The notes beneath the pieces were generated by a model that had not been told where the DNA came from, ran no database searches, and was given only the letters and a program-made list of their open reading frames with translations. Made by a program: the position numbers and the translations under genes. Shown one piece after another: positions 20,063 to 28,993 of a stretch of DNA of 53,732 nucleotides. Each line of letters begins with the position of its first letter. The stretch's first letter is position 1. Source of the DNA: a virus (taxonomy: Duplodnaviria > Caudoviricetes); IMG/VR virus record IMGVR_UViG_3300031999_000026, positions 1-53,732 of that record; one strand, 5' to 3'.

Positions 20063-20383
20063 TTAGAATTTCTTTTGAAGTTTATTAAATTTATTAAGTC
20101 TGCGTTTCATAGCTGCCAAAACATTTACTGTATTCGGCCATGGCATATAAATATCATTATAATAATTAAATTCATGAGAATTAATAACATTTTCCCATGA
20201 AAGTCTTTGACAAAATGCTGCGCAATCATCATCTTCCATAACATCAAAATCAAATTTAATTTTATTTTTAACAAAATAAAAGGTTAAATGTCTTTGTGAT
20301 TCATTAACTAAAATTTCGTTATAATTATTATCTGTTAAAAACTTGTAAATAGTGTCTTTGTTTACGTCTGAAAAGAAGCTCAT
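20063..20383 (-). CDS. hypothetical protein, paralog of 52264..52662
   Basis: shared F.F.V..DDD.AAF...L.W...A(M/L)KRRLNK core. Confidence 0.7.
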   Translation of the reverse strand: MSFFSDVNKDTIYKFLTDNNYNEILVNESQRHLTFYFVKNKIKFDFDVMEDDDCAAFCQRLSWENVINSHEFNYYNDIYMPWPNTVNVLAAMKRRLNKFNKLQKKF

Positions 20384-20407
20384 ATTGTTTATTTTTAGTT
20401 TATTTTT

Positions 20408-20454
20408 ATAGTACTAATATAATCAAAAAATCCGACAAATAAAAATTTGTCGGA
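20408..20454 (-). promoter_or_regulatory. putative early promoter overlapping a perfect 10-bp hairpin
   Basis: TCCGACAAAT-4nt-ATTTGTCGGA then ...GATTATATTAGTACTATA; related at 31560, 32969, 33409, 42968, 44819, 51329. Confidence 0.6.
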
Positions 20455-20476
20455 CTTTATTTTATTATGTTTATAT

Positions 20477-20743
20477 TTATAAAATCTTAGTCCATTCACT
20501 ATTAGGATAAGCTTCTTTTAATAGTTGCTTATATGTTAAATTGTGTGGAATTTTCTTAACATATTTATATGCTCCAGAATAAATTCTGCATAAATAACCA
20601 GCTTGTGTAAGATAATTTCGATAATTATCAACTGTTGAACAACCTTTATAAATATTGAATTTAATAAGATTCTGTCTAAATATTGTGTTGCCAATATCAG
20701 CAATTTGAATGTAAGTTAATACATCTTCAAAAATTGTAGTCAT
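20477..20743 (-). CDS. hypothetical protein (possible winged helix)
   Basis: 88 aa; STVDNYRNYLTQAGYL. Confidence 0.6.
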   Translation of the reverse strand: MTTIFEDVLTYIQIADIGNTIFRQNLIKFNIYKGCSTVDNYRNYLTQAGYLCRIYSGAYKYVKKIPHNLTYKQLLKEAYPNSEWTKIL

Positions 20744-20777
20744 GGTTTTATTTTTTAAAAAAGTGAATTAAATCTTT

Positions 20778-21734
20778 TCAAAAAAGAGCAGATGCATAAA
20801 TTAAATTTTCTGGTATGGGATTAAACCCCATAGCTTCCATAATACGATTAAACGGATCAATTATAGTTTTACTAAATTGCAAATCATAATCAACTTCTGG
20901 TGCAAATTCGCAAGGAAAACAATTAGGCAAGAAACCAAATACTTCATTGCCATCTTTTGTGTAATAAAATTTAATCTTATCTCCGGTTTTAATTATATTG
21001 TATTTAGTTTTCCATTTAGGACTATTTAAAATAATATGATTATATACTGCAGAAGCTCTAACATTTTGAGGGCACTTATCTGCTAAACGTATTTGTTTTT
21101 TATCTTCTAAAGCATATTTTTCATAATCACCAAGTGCTTGTGTTTTTGCAACATCTTCGGGATTTTGAAGAACATATTCTTTTTTGTATTCTTTTAATCT
21201 TTTAACTACATCTGTATATTGAATATTTTTTCCTTTTTCACAAGCCATTTTTATCATTTCTTTTAAAGCTTTTCTTGCAAATTTTGGAGTTGAACCCTGA
21301 ACAATTTCTACACCCACAAATTTAATTTTCTCTTGTGGTTTAAAACTAACACCCGGTTCTTTCCATACTAAATCTAAAATATATTTCTTTTTTGCAACCA
21401 TAATTGCAGAATAAGAAATTTTTTCTAATTCTAAATTTTGTATATTTATAGTATTAAACTTTTTAGCATATTCTTCGAATTTTTTATTAAGATAACTGTC
21501 TAATCTTAATTTTTTAATATTAAGAATAAAATCTACTTGATCTCCAGAATAATCACATGATTTTAATACAGGATCATATGTAATGAAACAACTATTATGT
21601 ACTAATATATCGTTTGCAATAAATGTATGAGTATCATCATCTACTTCAACATCATAGACATATTCATCTTCAAATGTTCCAATTTCTTCACAAGATTCTA
21701 TTTCATCAAAATAAAATTCCATATTATTTTTCAT
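20778..21734 (-). CDS. gp43: family B DNA polymerase C-terminal fragment fused to IntC
   Basis: 47-aa IntC ending FIANDILVHN|S; then AKKKY, KFVGVEIVQGSTP, GDKIKF palm/thumb motifs. Confidence 0.9.
   Translation of the reverse strand: MKNNMEFYFDEIESCEEIGTFEDEYVYDVEVDDDTHTFIANDILVHNSCFITYDPVLKSCDYSGDQVDFILNIKKLRLDSYLNKKFEEYAKKFNTINIQNLELEKISYSAIMVAKKKYILDLVWKEPGVSFKPQEKIKFVGVEIVQGSTPKFARKALKEMIKMACEKGKNIQYTDVVKRLKEYKKEYVLQNPEDVAKTQALGDYEKYALEDKKQIRLADKCPQNVRASAVYNHIILNSPKWKTKYNIIKTGDKIKFYYTKDGNEVFGFLPNCFPCEFAPEVDYDLQFSKTIIDPFNRIMEAMGFNPIPENLIYASALF
21594..21734 (-). mobile_element. split intein C-part (DNA polymerase), 47 aa
   Basis: block F YVYDVEV, block G HN|S. Confidence 0.92.
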
Positions 21735-21736
21735 AT

Positions 21737-21912
21737 TTAGTTATAATAATCATTCCAAATCTTTAATCCTTTTTCTTCTCCGTGTTTAATTATAGATTTT
21801 TCTTTAGTAGGAGTTGTATATTAATAAATCAAAATCTTTAACATTAAATAATTTTAAACGAAAATATGGTGATAAAAAAGGAACCAAAAAATTTATTGAA
21901 TATGCAGATACT
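21737..21912. pseudogene. scrambled remnants of the intein-associated endonuclease
   Basis: minus 21737-21820 reads YTTPTKEKSIIKHGEEKGLKIWNDYYN; plus 21817-21912 reads YINKSKSLTLNNFKRKYGDKKGTKKFIEY; both match the endonuclease repeat. Confidence 0.7.
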
Positions 21913-21921
21913 GATAAAATG

Positions 21922-22272
21922 TTACTTAATGCATATAACTTTGTCGCCTCGCCTAACATCTTTAGGTTTAATTTCTATTTGATGATTATTTCGAAAAACT
22001 ATCAATGAATGATCATTAGTAACGATAACTTCTTTACCTGATTTAGTTTTAAGTTTCCATTTCGATTTTGAAACTTTATGACGAATTATACGTTTAATGG
22101 GTGTAAAATATAAACCACCATCGGGACTCCAGTTTAAAATTTTATCAAGGGATGATACTGATTCATGACCAATTAAAGTTTTATCATATTTATTTTTAAA
22201 ATTTTCATTATATAATGTTTCTATTGTCATACTTTTTTTATTCGTTGTTACTCTTGTATCTTTTCCGACGCT
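21922..22272 (-). mobile_element. split intein N-part (DNA polymerase), 116 aa, Ser1
   Basis: inserted at DTD|S; block B IVTNDHSL. Confidence 0.9.
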
Positions 22273-22620
22273 ATCCGTATCCATATAAATTGTAAAAGTT
22301 TTTTCATTAAGTTTATTAATTCGAGTTAATCCTAAAGCTTTATGAAGTTCAGTATCAGTATGCCAATAATTTAAAAAATATTCATCAATACATTTACTTG
22401 CATATTTTGCTACATCTTGGCCTTGTAATGTAACGGCTTCCGCTAAAAGTACGTTATAACACTCAAACCAAGGTGAACCCGATGCCCCATAGATCGAATT
22501 TATAAATACCTTTATCGCATTTTGAATGCCATTATATTCTTCTTTCAAATTATTTAATCTTTCTACTTCTCCTTCTAATTCTTCTATACTGCAATTATAC
22601 GGATCTATTTTAAATTCCAT
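21922..22620 (-). CDS. gp43: family B DNA polymerase middle fragment (motifs B, C) fused to IntN
   Basis: KVFINSIYG (motif B), VTLQGQ, YMDTD, then Ser1 intein SVGKDT...VTNDHSL and stop. Confidence 0.9.
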   Translation of the reverse strand: MEFKIDPYNCSIEELEGEVERLNNLKEEYNGIQNAIKVFINSIYGASGSPWFECYNVLLAEAVTLQGQDVAKYASKCIDEYFLNYWHTDTELHKALGLTRINKLNEKTFTIYMDTDSVGKDTRVTTNKKSMTIETLYNENFKNKYDKTLIGHESVSSLDKILNWSPDGGLYFTPIKRIIRHKVSKSKWKLKTKSGKEVIVTNDHSLIVFRNNHQIEIKPKDVRRGDKVICIK

Positions 22621-22630
22621 GTTTTTATTA

Positions 22631-22659
22631 ATTATATGATAATTGATTAATGAAGTTTT
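22631..22659 (-). promoter_or_regulatory. putative promoter AAAACTT-N16-TATAAT
   Basis: exact motif 10 nt upstream of the polymerase fragment ATG. Confidence 0.6.
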
Positions 22660-22663
22660 AAAA

Positions 22664-24352
22664 TTAACAAATCTTTAATATTGGTTCAGAATTTTTAATA
22701 AGCCATTCAGTTTTCTTCTTTTCTTGAATTTCTTTTGTTTTAATTTTTTGTATACTCTTAAACATTTGTTGATATCGATCAGACCATCGCTTGTATTTAA
22801 CTTCAAATTCTTTTTTGCGTGCAGATTCATATTTCTGATTGTGTAAAACATCTTGTAAATTATAATAGAAATCTTCGTAGCGGATTTTTCTTATTGCATA
22901 TCTAAATATTTCTTTATCACAATCAAATTGTTGTATTATCTCTTTAATTATCAGTTTCCATTCTAAAAATGCAGTTTTTGCTATACTTTCTGTTTTTTTT
23001 GATATATCAGTTTCTAAAAATTTAACTGCAGCTTGAGTTATATTATAAAAAACAAATTCCCCCTTTTTTATTATATTAACTTTATTTGGTCTAAATATAA
23101 TAAATGCGTTTAATTTAGAATTTTCTTCAAAATATATAATGGAAACATTTTCTAAATCATCATCTAATTTTTCTGGATATCTAACATAATATAAATCATC
23201 TAATTTAGTAATAACGTCTTCGGGAATAGAAGTTTTTTCATATTTACTTTTTAATACTAATTCATGAGCTAAAAAGTACCACATTTTTAAAATAGCTAAA
23301 TTAGTATTACTAATTTCTCCAAATTGTATTCCTGCCGCAACAACCTTATTATATGATTCTTCATTTTTTTTATCATTTATTACGCATTTCCATATTGTAA
23401 AGAAATATTCTGAAAGCGATTGTTCTAAAATTTCTTGATTATTAATCATAATTTTAGAAACTACATGTATAGTTTTTTGTATTTTTTGCCAAAAGGGAAA
23501 TTTTGTAAGGTTTCCTTCCTTTCCCAATTTTATACCCGCTCTTTTATCATTTATATAACTTTTAACTTCATATATTTTTCCATTAAGAAAAACAATATCA
23601 TAAGATATTGCTCCACCCTGTGCTATAGCGCCTTTAAACAAATAACATATAAGAATTTCTCCACACCCCACTCCTTTTTCTTCAATATTCATTAAAGTAT
23701 TAATAAAAGTTCCGTGTTTAATAATTTCTTCTTGATAAAATGATCCTTTGTTCAATTCTTCAATTTCTTTAAAACTGTAAAAATATTTTATCATATCAAG
23801 TTTCCATTGATCTTGCTGTTGTTTATTTAAAATTATTTTTCTTCCTCCATTAATTGTAATATCTAATATTGGTGTTTCTTCGTTTATAATTTTACACATA
23901 ACAGTGAATAACTCATCAAGAGGATGTCGTATACGACCTATCGGAATATTATTAATAAATTCTTCAAAATCTTCTTTTTTTCCATGTTTACTAAAAAAAT
24001 TAGTTAAAGTTTCTATATTTTTTAATGTAAAATATTTAAGTAAATGTGTGGGTTTATTCTTTTTTTCTTTATTAAGTTCTTTAGTTTTAAATAATTCTAG
24101 TTGATAATCCCAAAAACTTCCAAATGTTATATTTTTACTATCCAAATTATTTAAACTTATTTCTTTAGTTTTTAAAAAATTATTTAAATAAGTTTTAAGT
24201 GGTATATATAATAGTTTATTAATATAATCTTTTGTTATTATATCTTTCCTTTTAATTTCGTCGATTGCTCTAACAATATCATCGTCTACTTCATCAAGTG
24301 TAATTATTGATGTTGGTTTAGCTATAAAAGGTCTAATGCTTGTTATTGACAT
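22664..24352 (-). CDS. large hypothetical protein with PD-(D/E)xK-like nuclease motif
   Basis: GVGCGE...SYDIVF...YEVKS in a 562-aa ORF. Confidence 0.55.
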   Translation of the reverse strand: MSITSIRPFIAKPTSIITLDEVDDDIVRAIDEIKRKDIITKDYINKLLYIPLKTYLNNFLKTKEISLNNLDSKNITFGSFWDYQLELFKTKELNKEKKNKPTHLLKYFTLKNIETLTNFFSKHGKKEDFEEFINNIPIGRIRHPLDELFTVMCKIINEETPILDITINGGRKIILNKQQQDQWKLDMIKYFYSFKEIEELNKGSFYQEEIIKHGTFINTLMNIEEKGVGCGEILICYLFKGAIAQGGAISYDIVFLNGKIYEVKSYINDKRAGIKLGKEGNLTKFPFWQKIQKTIHVVSKIMINNQEILEQSLSEYFFTIWKCVINDKKNEESYNKVVAAGIQFGEISNTNLAILKMWYFLAHELVLKSKYEKTSIPEDVITKLDDLYYVRYPEKLDDDLENVSIIYFEENSKLNAFIIFRPNKVNIIKKGEFVFYNITQAAVKFLETDISKKTESIAKTAFLEWKLIIKEIIQQFDCDKEIFRYAIRKIRYEDFYYNLQDVLHNQKYESARKKEFEVKYKRWSDRYQQMFKSIQKIKTKEIQEKKKTEWLIKNSEPILKIC

Positions 24353-24483
24353 TTTATTTTTAAGTGTATTGAGTAATGTGTTCTCTGTGAATTTTTATCT
24401 GTTATCGCCGCCATTTACCATTGACGTTTCGTTTGATATGGACTTTTGATCCTTATCCGTAAGGCACGGATTTAACTTACCTA

Positions 24484-25266
24484 TTAAGATTCTGTATCTT
24501 CTGCTTTACTAATAACTGTTGTAGTATCACTATCTTTTGATTTAAATACGAGTCTAGTTTCTCCTAAAAAAACAGTATAATTTTCAATATCTAAAGATGA
24601 ATATTGATCTTTAAATATTGTTATTTGAGCATCTGTAACTTTCTTTTCTTCAATTAACAAATCATATGATTTACCAGCTACATTAATATTATTATTTTTG
24701 AATGTAAATTCCATAAATTTATGTTCATTATCCAAATTATTAAGTGTATTAATTTTTTCAATTACTGTTTTAATTAATTCAAAATTACCAATTTCTTCTA
24801 CTACTGCAATAGTATTTATAAATAAATCATCAGAAATATATTTGAATATATTTAATGATGCACAATCAAGATTCATTTTCAAACTCTTACTTTTTAATAA
24901 AATTTTTTCTGCAGCATATTGTGTATCACTTTCGTTAACAATTTCTTGAAATTCAATTATAATTGTAAATTCTTCATCGTTGAATTGATCAATAGTTTTA
25001 ATTAAACGAGAAATATTAAAAATGCCAAGCTTAATTCTTTTTGCATCTTTAGTTGCTTTTGTCGTTAAACCTGCTTCATCAAATTTTATCTTAGAAAATT
25101 TCACGACTGAGCGATCCTCACTGTAAGTTTTAGCAATAAACTCTGATGTTGTGGTATCTATTTCTAATAGTAAAGAATTGTCTATACTTGAAAATCTTTT
25201 TAACCAATTAGTAAAGACTTTAACATTTTTTGCTGTAAATTCAATTTGTTTTTTAATTGTTGCCAT
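24484..25266 (-). CDS. gp45: probable DNA sliding clamp (gp45-like)
   Basis: 260 aa; LKRFSSIDNSLLL and GIFNISRLIKTI resemble gp45 segments; replication-cluster context. Confidence 0.6.
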   Translation of the reverse strand: MATIKKQIEFTAKNVKVFTNWLKRFSSIDNSLLLEIDTTTSEFIAKTYSEDRSVVKFSKIKFDEAGLTTKATKDAKRIKLGIFNISRLIKTIDQFNDEEFTIIIEFQEIVNESDTQYAAEKILLKSKSLKMNLDCASLNIFKYISDDLFINTIAVVEEIGNFELIKTVIEKINTLNNLDNEHKFMEFTFKNNNINVAGKSYDLLIEEKKVTDAQITIFKDQYSSLDIENYTVFLGETRLVFKSKDSDTTTVISKAEDTES

Positions 25267-25291
25267 ATTTGTAGTTTATTTGTTATTGAAT

Positions 25292-25320
25292 ATTATATAA
25301 GACAAGAGATAAAAAGTTTT
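25292..25320 (-). promoter_or_regulatory. putative promoter AAAACTT-N16-TATAAT
   Basis: exact motif upstream of clamp gene. Confidence 0.6.
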
Positions 25321-25430
25321 AATGAATATATAGAATATAGTAGTTAGATTTATATTAGAAGTATAAATCAACATTCGGATAAGTAAATGCTGTCCTACTA
25401 TAGTATATATTAAAAATAAGGATAAGATTC

Positions 25431-26144
25431 ATGGAAAAACAATTTAATTTTGTGTATATTACTACAAACTTGATTAATGGCACGCAATATGTGGGCGATC
25501 ATTCAACAGATATAATAAATGATAATTATTTGGGTAGTGGAATTATATTTAATAAAGCAAAGAAAAAATACGGTAAAGAAAAATTTAAATGCAAAATTCT
25601 TGAATTTTTTTCTACTAAACAAGAAGCATTCAATGCACAGGAAAAATACATTATTCAATTTAATACGTTAGTTCCTAATGGTTATAATGTAAGTCCTAAA
25701 GGTGGATTACATGTTATGGGTTGCCATTCTGAAGAAACTAAATCAAAAATAGGTAATGCTAATAAAGGAAAAATAACGTGGATAAAAGGAAAACATCATT
25801 CTGACGAATCGAAAGAAAAAATAAAGAATTCTCATATAGGTAAAAAACTTTCTATAATACATAAAGAAAATATAGGGAAATCTTCAAAAAAATGGCATAC
25901 AGATATAGGTTTATCTGAAGAATCAAGAAAAAAAATATCTGAAAAACTTACGGGTAGGAAACTTTCAATAGAATCTAAACAAAAAATAAGTAACACACAA
26001 TTAGGTATTAAAAGATCAGAAGAATTTAAACAAAAGGTAAGTAATAGTATGAAAGGTGTAAACATTGGGAAAAAACATACCGAAGAAGCAAAAAAACATA
26101 TGAGCGAAGCAGCAATAAAACGTTATAAACTACAAGATGCGTAA
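25431..26144 (+). CDS. GIY-YIG homing endonuclease with NUMOD3 repeats (Seg-like)
   Basis: FVYITTNLING.QYVG, YLGSG, GYN; repeated HSEETKSKI units; the only credible plus-strand gene. Confidence 0.9.
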   Translation: MEKQFNFVYITTNLINGTQYVGDHSTDIINDNYLGSGIIFNKAKKKYGKEKFKCKILEFFSTKQEAFNAQEKYIIQFNTLVPNGYNVSPKGGLHVMGCHSEETKSKIGNANKGKITWIKGKHHSDESKEKIKNSHIGKKLSIIHKENIGKSSKKWHTDIGLSEESRKKISEKLTGRKLSIESKQKISNTQLGIKRSEEFKQKVSNSMKGVNIGKKHTEEAKKHMSEAAIKRYKLQDA

Positions 26145-26205
26145 AGTTTTAACAATACGCATTTTTAATTTTCTTTTAATAAATTATTTGTTAAATCCTT
26201 CTCCA

Positions 26206-26991
26206 TTATGTTCCGCCCCATTTTCTCTTGAATGATTGTTCATCACTATCTCCAAGTCCTCCCATTTCATGCTGTTCTGAACGTATATTTCTTTTCTTTT
26301 TATATATTGGTTCGAGATGATAGCCCGATACGGCTATCATTTCTATACCATCACCAAATTCAATATCATAGTACTCAAAATTCTTATCACCTAAATCATC
26401 CACTGTAGCTGTTGCAGTTGCTATGCTGCTTATGATTGCCTTTTGTCCATTATGAGATTCTGCCAATTCTTCATTATCTTCAAAATCTTCAGGCGAAACA
26501 TCTTTCATTTGGAATCTTACTTCATCACCTTTTTTATATGTCCACATTTCTAGATGACTAAAAATATCTTCATTTAGTGATTCATTAACTTTTTTTGCTC
26601 TTATAGTTTCTTGTTTATTTTCAGATACATTATTATCTCTACGATATTTGTTAACTACTCGTAAAATAATTTCAGCTAATCCTGAATAATCACCCGGTTT
26701 AAGAATACGAGAAGCTTCACGTTTTCTATTAGCGTTAGTAGATAGTTTTTTATTTAACTGATACATCGCCGCAGGTTGTTTGCCATGCATAACCCAGCGT
26801 GATACTCCTCCAAAAATGTGACGTCTTGCATATCCGCTTGCAGTTATAGAATATCTAACATATTTTAGTTTAGTATCTTGAAACATTAATGTTCCGTGTT
26901 TAATTTGAAGAGGTGTACTTATTAACTTAAGACCTTCTTCTTCAAGCATATTGATTGCTTCTACTTGATCATTATTAAACGTATTTTTCAT
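26206..26991 (-). CDS. hypothetical protein with internal RAKKVNESLNE motif
   Basis: 261 aa, apparent two-module fusion. Confidence 0.7.
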   Translation of the reverse strand: MKNTFNNDQVEAINMLEEEGLKLISTPLQIKHGTLMFQDTKLKYVRYSITASGYARRHIFGGVSRWVMHGKQPAAMYQLNKKLSTNANRKREASRILKPGDYSGLAEIILRVVNKYRRDNNVSENKQETIRAKKVNESLNEDIFSHLEMWTYKKGDEVRFQMKDVSPEDFEDNEELAESHNGQKAIISSIATATATVDDLGDKNFEYYDIEFGDGIEMIAVSGYHLEPIYKKKRNIRSEQHEMGGLGDSDEQSFKRKWGGT

Positions 26992-27015
26992 ATTTGCATT
27001 TATTATTTTTTTATT

Positions 27016-27375
27016 TTACCAATTTTCTAAAGCATATTCAATCCAGCCTTCAATAGCATTTATAGCATCTTCAAGATCATCGAATTCTTCTTCATCATTA
27101 TAAGGCCTATATTGATCCTCAAAACCTGCAAGATATGGACTATTTTTTGTTGCATCATATTGAATTGTATAGAAACCTCCCATTTTTTTATGTTTTATCT
27201 CAAACACAAATCCATAACCTGGAGCATCACCAAGCAAAGATAAGTCAAGTTTTTCAACTTCTGAACCATTTAGATCATAAGTTTCTATTATATTACGTAA
27301 AGCAGATTCAATTTCTGCTAATATTTCATTAGAATTACTTGATTCATTCAAATTTTCTTTTACTAATTTTTTCAT
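27016..27375 (-). CDS. acidic hypothetical protein with VxE leader
   Basis: begins MKKLVKENLNES. Confidence 0.7.
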   Translation of the reverse strand: MKKLVKENLNESSNSNEILAEIESALRNIIETYDLNGSEVEKLDLSLLGDAPGYGFVFEIKHKKMGGFYTIQYDATKNSPYLAGFEDQYRPYNDEEEFDDLEDAINAIEGWIEYALENW

Positions 27376-27379
27376 ATTT

Positions 27380-27754
27380 TTAATCTCTTATTGATACTGA
27401 AAAACCATAATCTTGATTTCCGGGAAATTGTACATTTACCTTATGTTTTTTTAATAAATCAAAATGTTCCTGTGTAAGAGCGCTGAAATAAGTTGTTAAG
27501 CATCTTGATATTCTCATTCCTTTGTACCATGGATCTTTTTTCCAAAAGCTTTCTTCAGATTTTCCCCACAATACTGTCCAGATAAAATGCTGAATTTCTG
27601 TAAATGTTGCACCTTCTTCTCTTTTGCTTCCTATAAATTCAAGAATTTTCCAAGTATTAGTCAAGGGCTTTTTCCCATAATTCATACCGAGAGCCGTTTT
27701 AGGATCTCGATATCTTTGAAAAGATATAGATTCATTTACGGTTTTAGCTCTCAT
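27380..27754 (-). CDS. hypothetical protein with VxES leader (wHTH-like)
   Basis: begins MRAKTVNESI; KILEFI...EGATFTEI similar to 28548 gene. Confidence 0.7.
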   Translation of the reverse strand: MRAKTVNESISFQRYRDPKTALGMNYGKKPLTNTWKILEFIGSKREEGATFTEIQHFIWTVLWGKSEESFWKKDPWYKGMRISRCLTTYFSALTQEHFDLLKKHKVNVQFPGNQDYGFSVSIRD

Positions 27755-27756
27755 AT

Positions 27757-28530
27757 TTAAGCGTAATCATTAAGTAGTCTTTTATAATCTTTAACTACGC
27801 GATCATATATAGGTTTAGTTAAAAGTGCTACATCAATATGAGCCGGAATTAAAGATTGATACATTTCATTCTCTTCTTGTTTACTATGAGCAGATGTAGC
27901 TAAAGGTTGAGGACCTGCATAAAATTGAAATCCATTATCTTCATCTATTACAAGTGCTAGAGGATTATCTTCATCTTGTTTAACTTTTCTATCGATTACA
28001 TCGAATATTAAGCAAGCTATTTCTTCGCCATCTTCTCTTAAAGCTAGTTCATCACCAAGATCATCTGTTGGAAGTTCATCTAATTGAATTCCTAATTTTG
28101 CTTCTAAACTTCTGGCTACTTCACGAATTTGAGGATATTTTGCTTTAAATCCTTCTTTCATTTCATCTCTTTGAGCAAAGAAATCATCATTGCTCATATT
28201 TTCATTAACACCCTTTAATTCTGCTACATCAAATACTGCTGCAGCTTCTCCGCCGTCAAGCTCTACTACTTTAAAATTAATTCCTTTTTCTTCTAATTTA
28301 GCTAAAACTGCGTGCCAATCATATGCAGCATACGATGGAATAAAAACAGCTGATTCTGTGTCAATTCCCATTTCATCTACAGTTCTATAAATGTCTTCAA
28401 TATCTTGATCATATTCTGGATCACCTTTTTGTGGGCTTTGAGGCATATCTGCTACATAGTTTATTTCTTCTTCAAGATCAACTTTATAATCTTGATCATT
28501 TAAACTTTCATTAACTGATTTCGCTTTCAT
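27757..28530 (-). CDS. acidic hypothetical protein with VxES leader
   Basis: begins MKAKSVNESLND. Confidence 0.72.
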   Translation of the reverse strand: MKAKSVNESLNDQDYKVDLEEEINYVADMPQSPQKGDPEYDQDIEDIYRTVDEMGIDTESAVFIPSYAAYDWHAVLAKLEEKGINFKVVELDGGEAAAVFDVAELKGVNENMSNDDFFAQRDEMKEGFKAKYPQIREVARSLEAKLGIQLDELPTDDLGDELALREDGEEIACLIFDVIDRKVKQDEDNPLALVIDEDNGFQFYAGPQPLATSAHSKQEENEMYQSLIPAHIDVALLTKPIYDRVVKDYKRLLNDYA

Positions 28531-28547
28531 ATTTGTTATAATTTATT

Positions 28548-28970
28548 TTATACATTGAATTTTCCACCTGGTAATACTTTAGGTCCTATAGTCGATGACC
28601 CATAACGTGCACTGTTACTTACTTTTGCTTCTTCTTCTGGAGACATTTTTTGTTTTCTCAATATCCAGTTTCCTTTGTCATTTTTTGTAATATACTTTAT
28701 TAGATGACCAAAACCTCTATCATCTGGTGTAGGAGTTTTGAATGCACCTGACCAATGACCTCTATGTTCTCTAGAATAAGTTCCAGGACCATATTTTAGT
28801 TCATATGCAAGTTTTATAATATCTGAATATCTTCTTCCTTCAGGACCTGCATCTTCAATAAATTGAAGAATTTTATCAGATGTGCCTATTGAAGATACTC
28901 TTTTAGACTCTTCACGATTTATAGATTCATTAACGGTTCTTGCTTTCATTTTATTTATTTTTATTTTCAT
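28548..28970 (-). CDS. hypothetical protein with VxES leader (likely start 28949)
   Basis: MKARTVNESINRE; KILQFI...EGRRYSDI. Confidence 0.7.
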   Translation of the reverse strand: MKIKINKMKARTVNESINREESKRVSSIGTSDKILQFIEDAGPEGRRYSDIIKLAYELKYGPGTYSREHRGHWSGAFKTPTPDDRGFGHLIKYITKNDKGNWILRKQKMSPEEEAKVSNSARYGSSTIGPKVLPGGKFNV

Positions 28971-28993
28971 GTTTAGAAATTTATTTTTATTAT

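Noticed and set aside
21814-22008. Plus-strand 64-aa ORF as a real gene
   Set aside because: TTG start; the first half is an inverted endonuclease repeat remnant and the rest is antisense to the polymerase IntN.
10653-22620. Group I/II introns interrupting helicase, RecA or polymerase
   Set aside because: Breakpoints carry clear intein terminal motifs (C/S1, HN-S/T), and there is no non-coding space for a ribozyme core.
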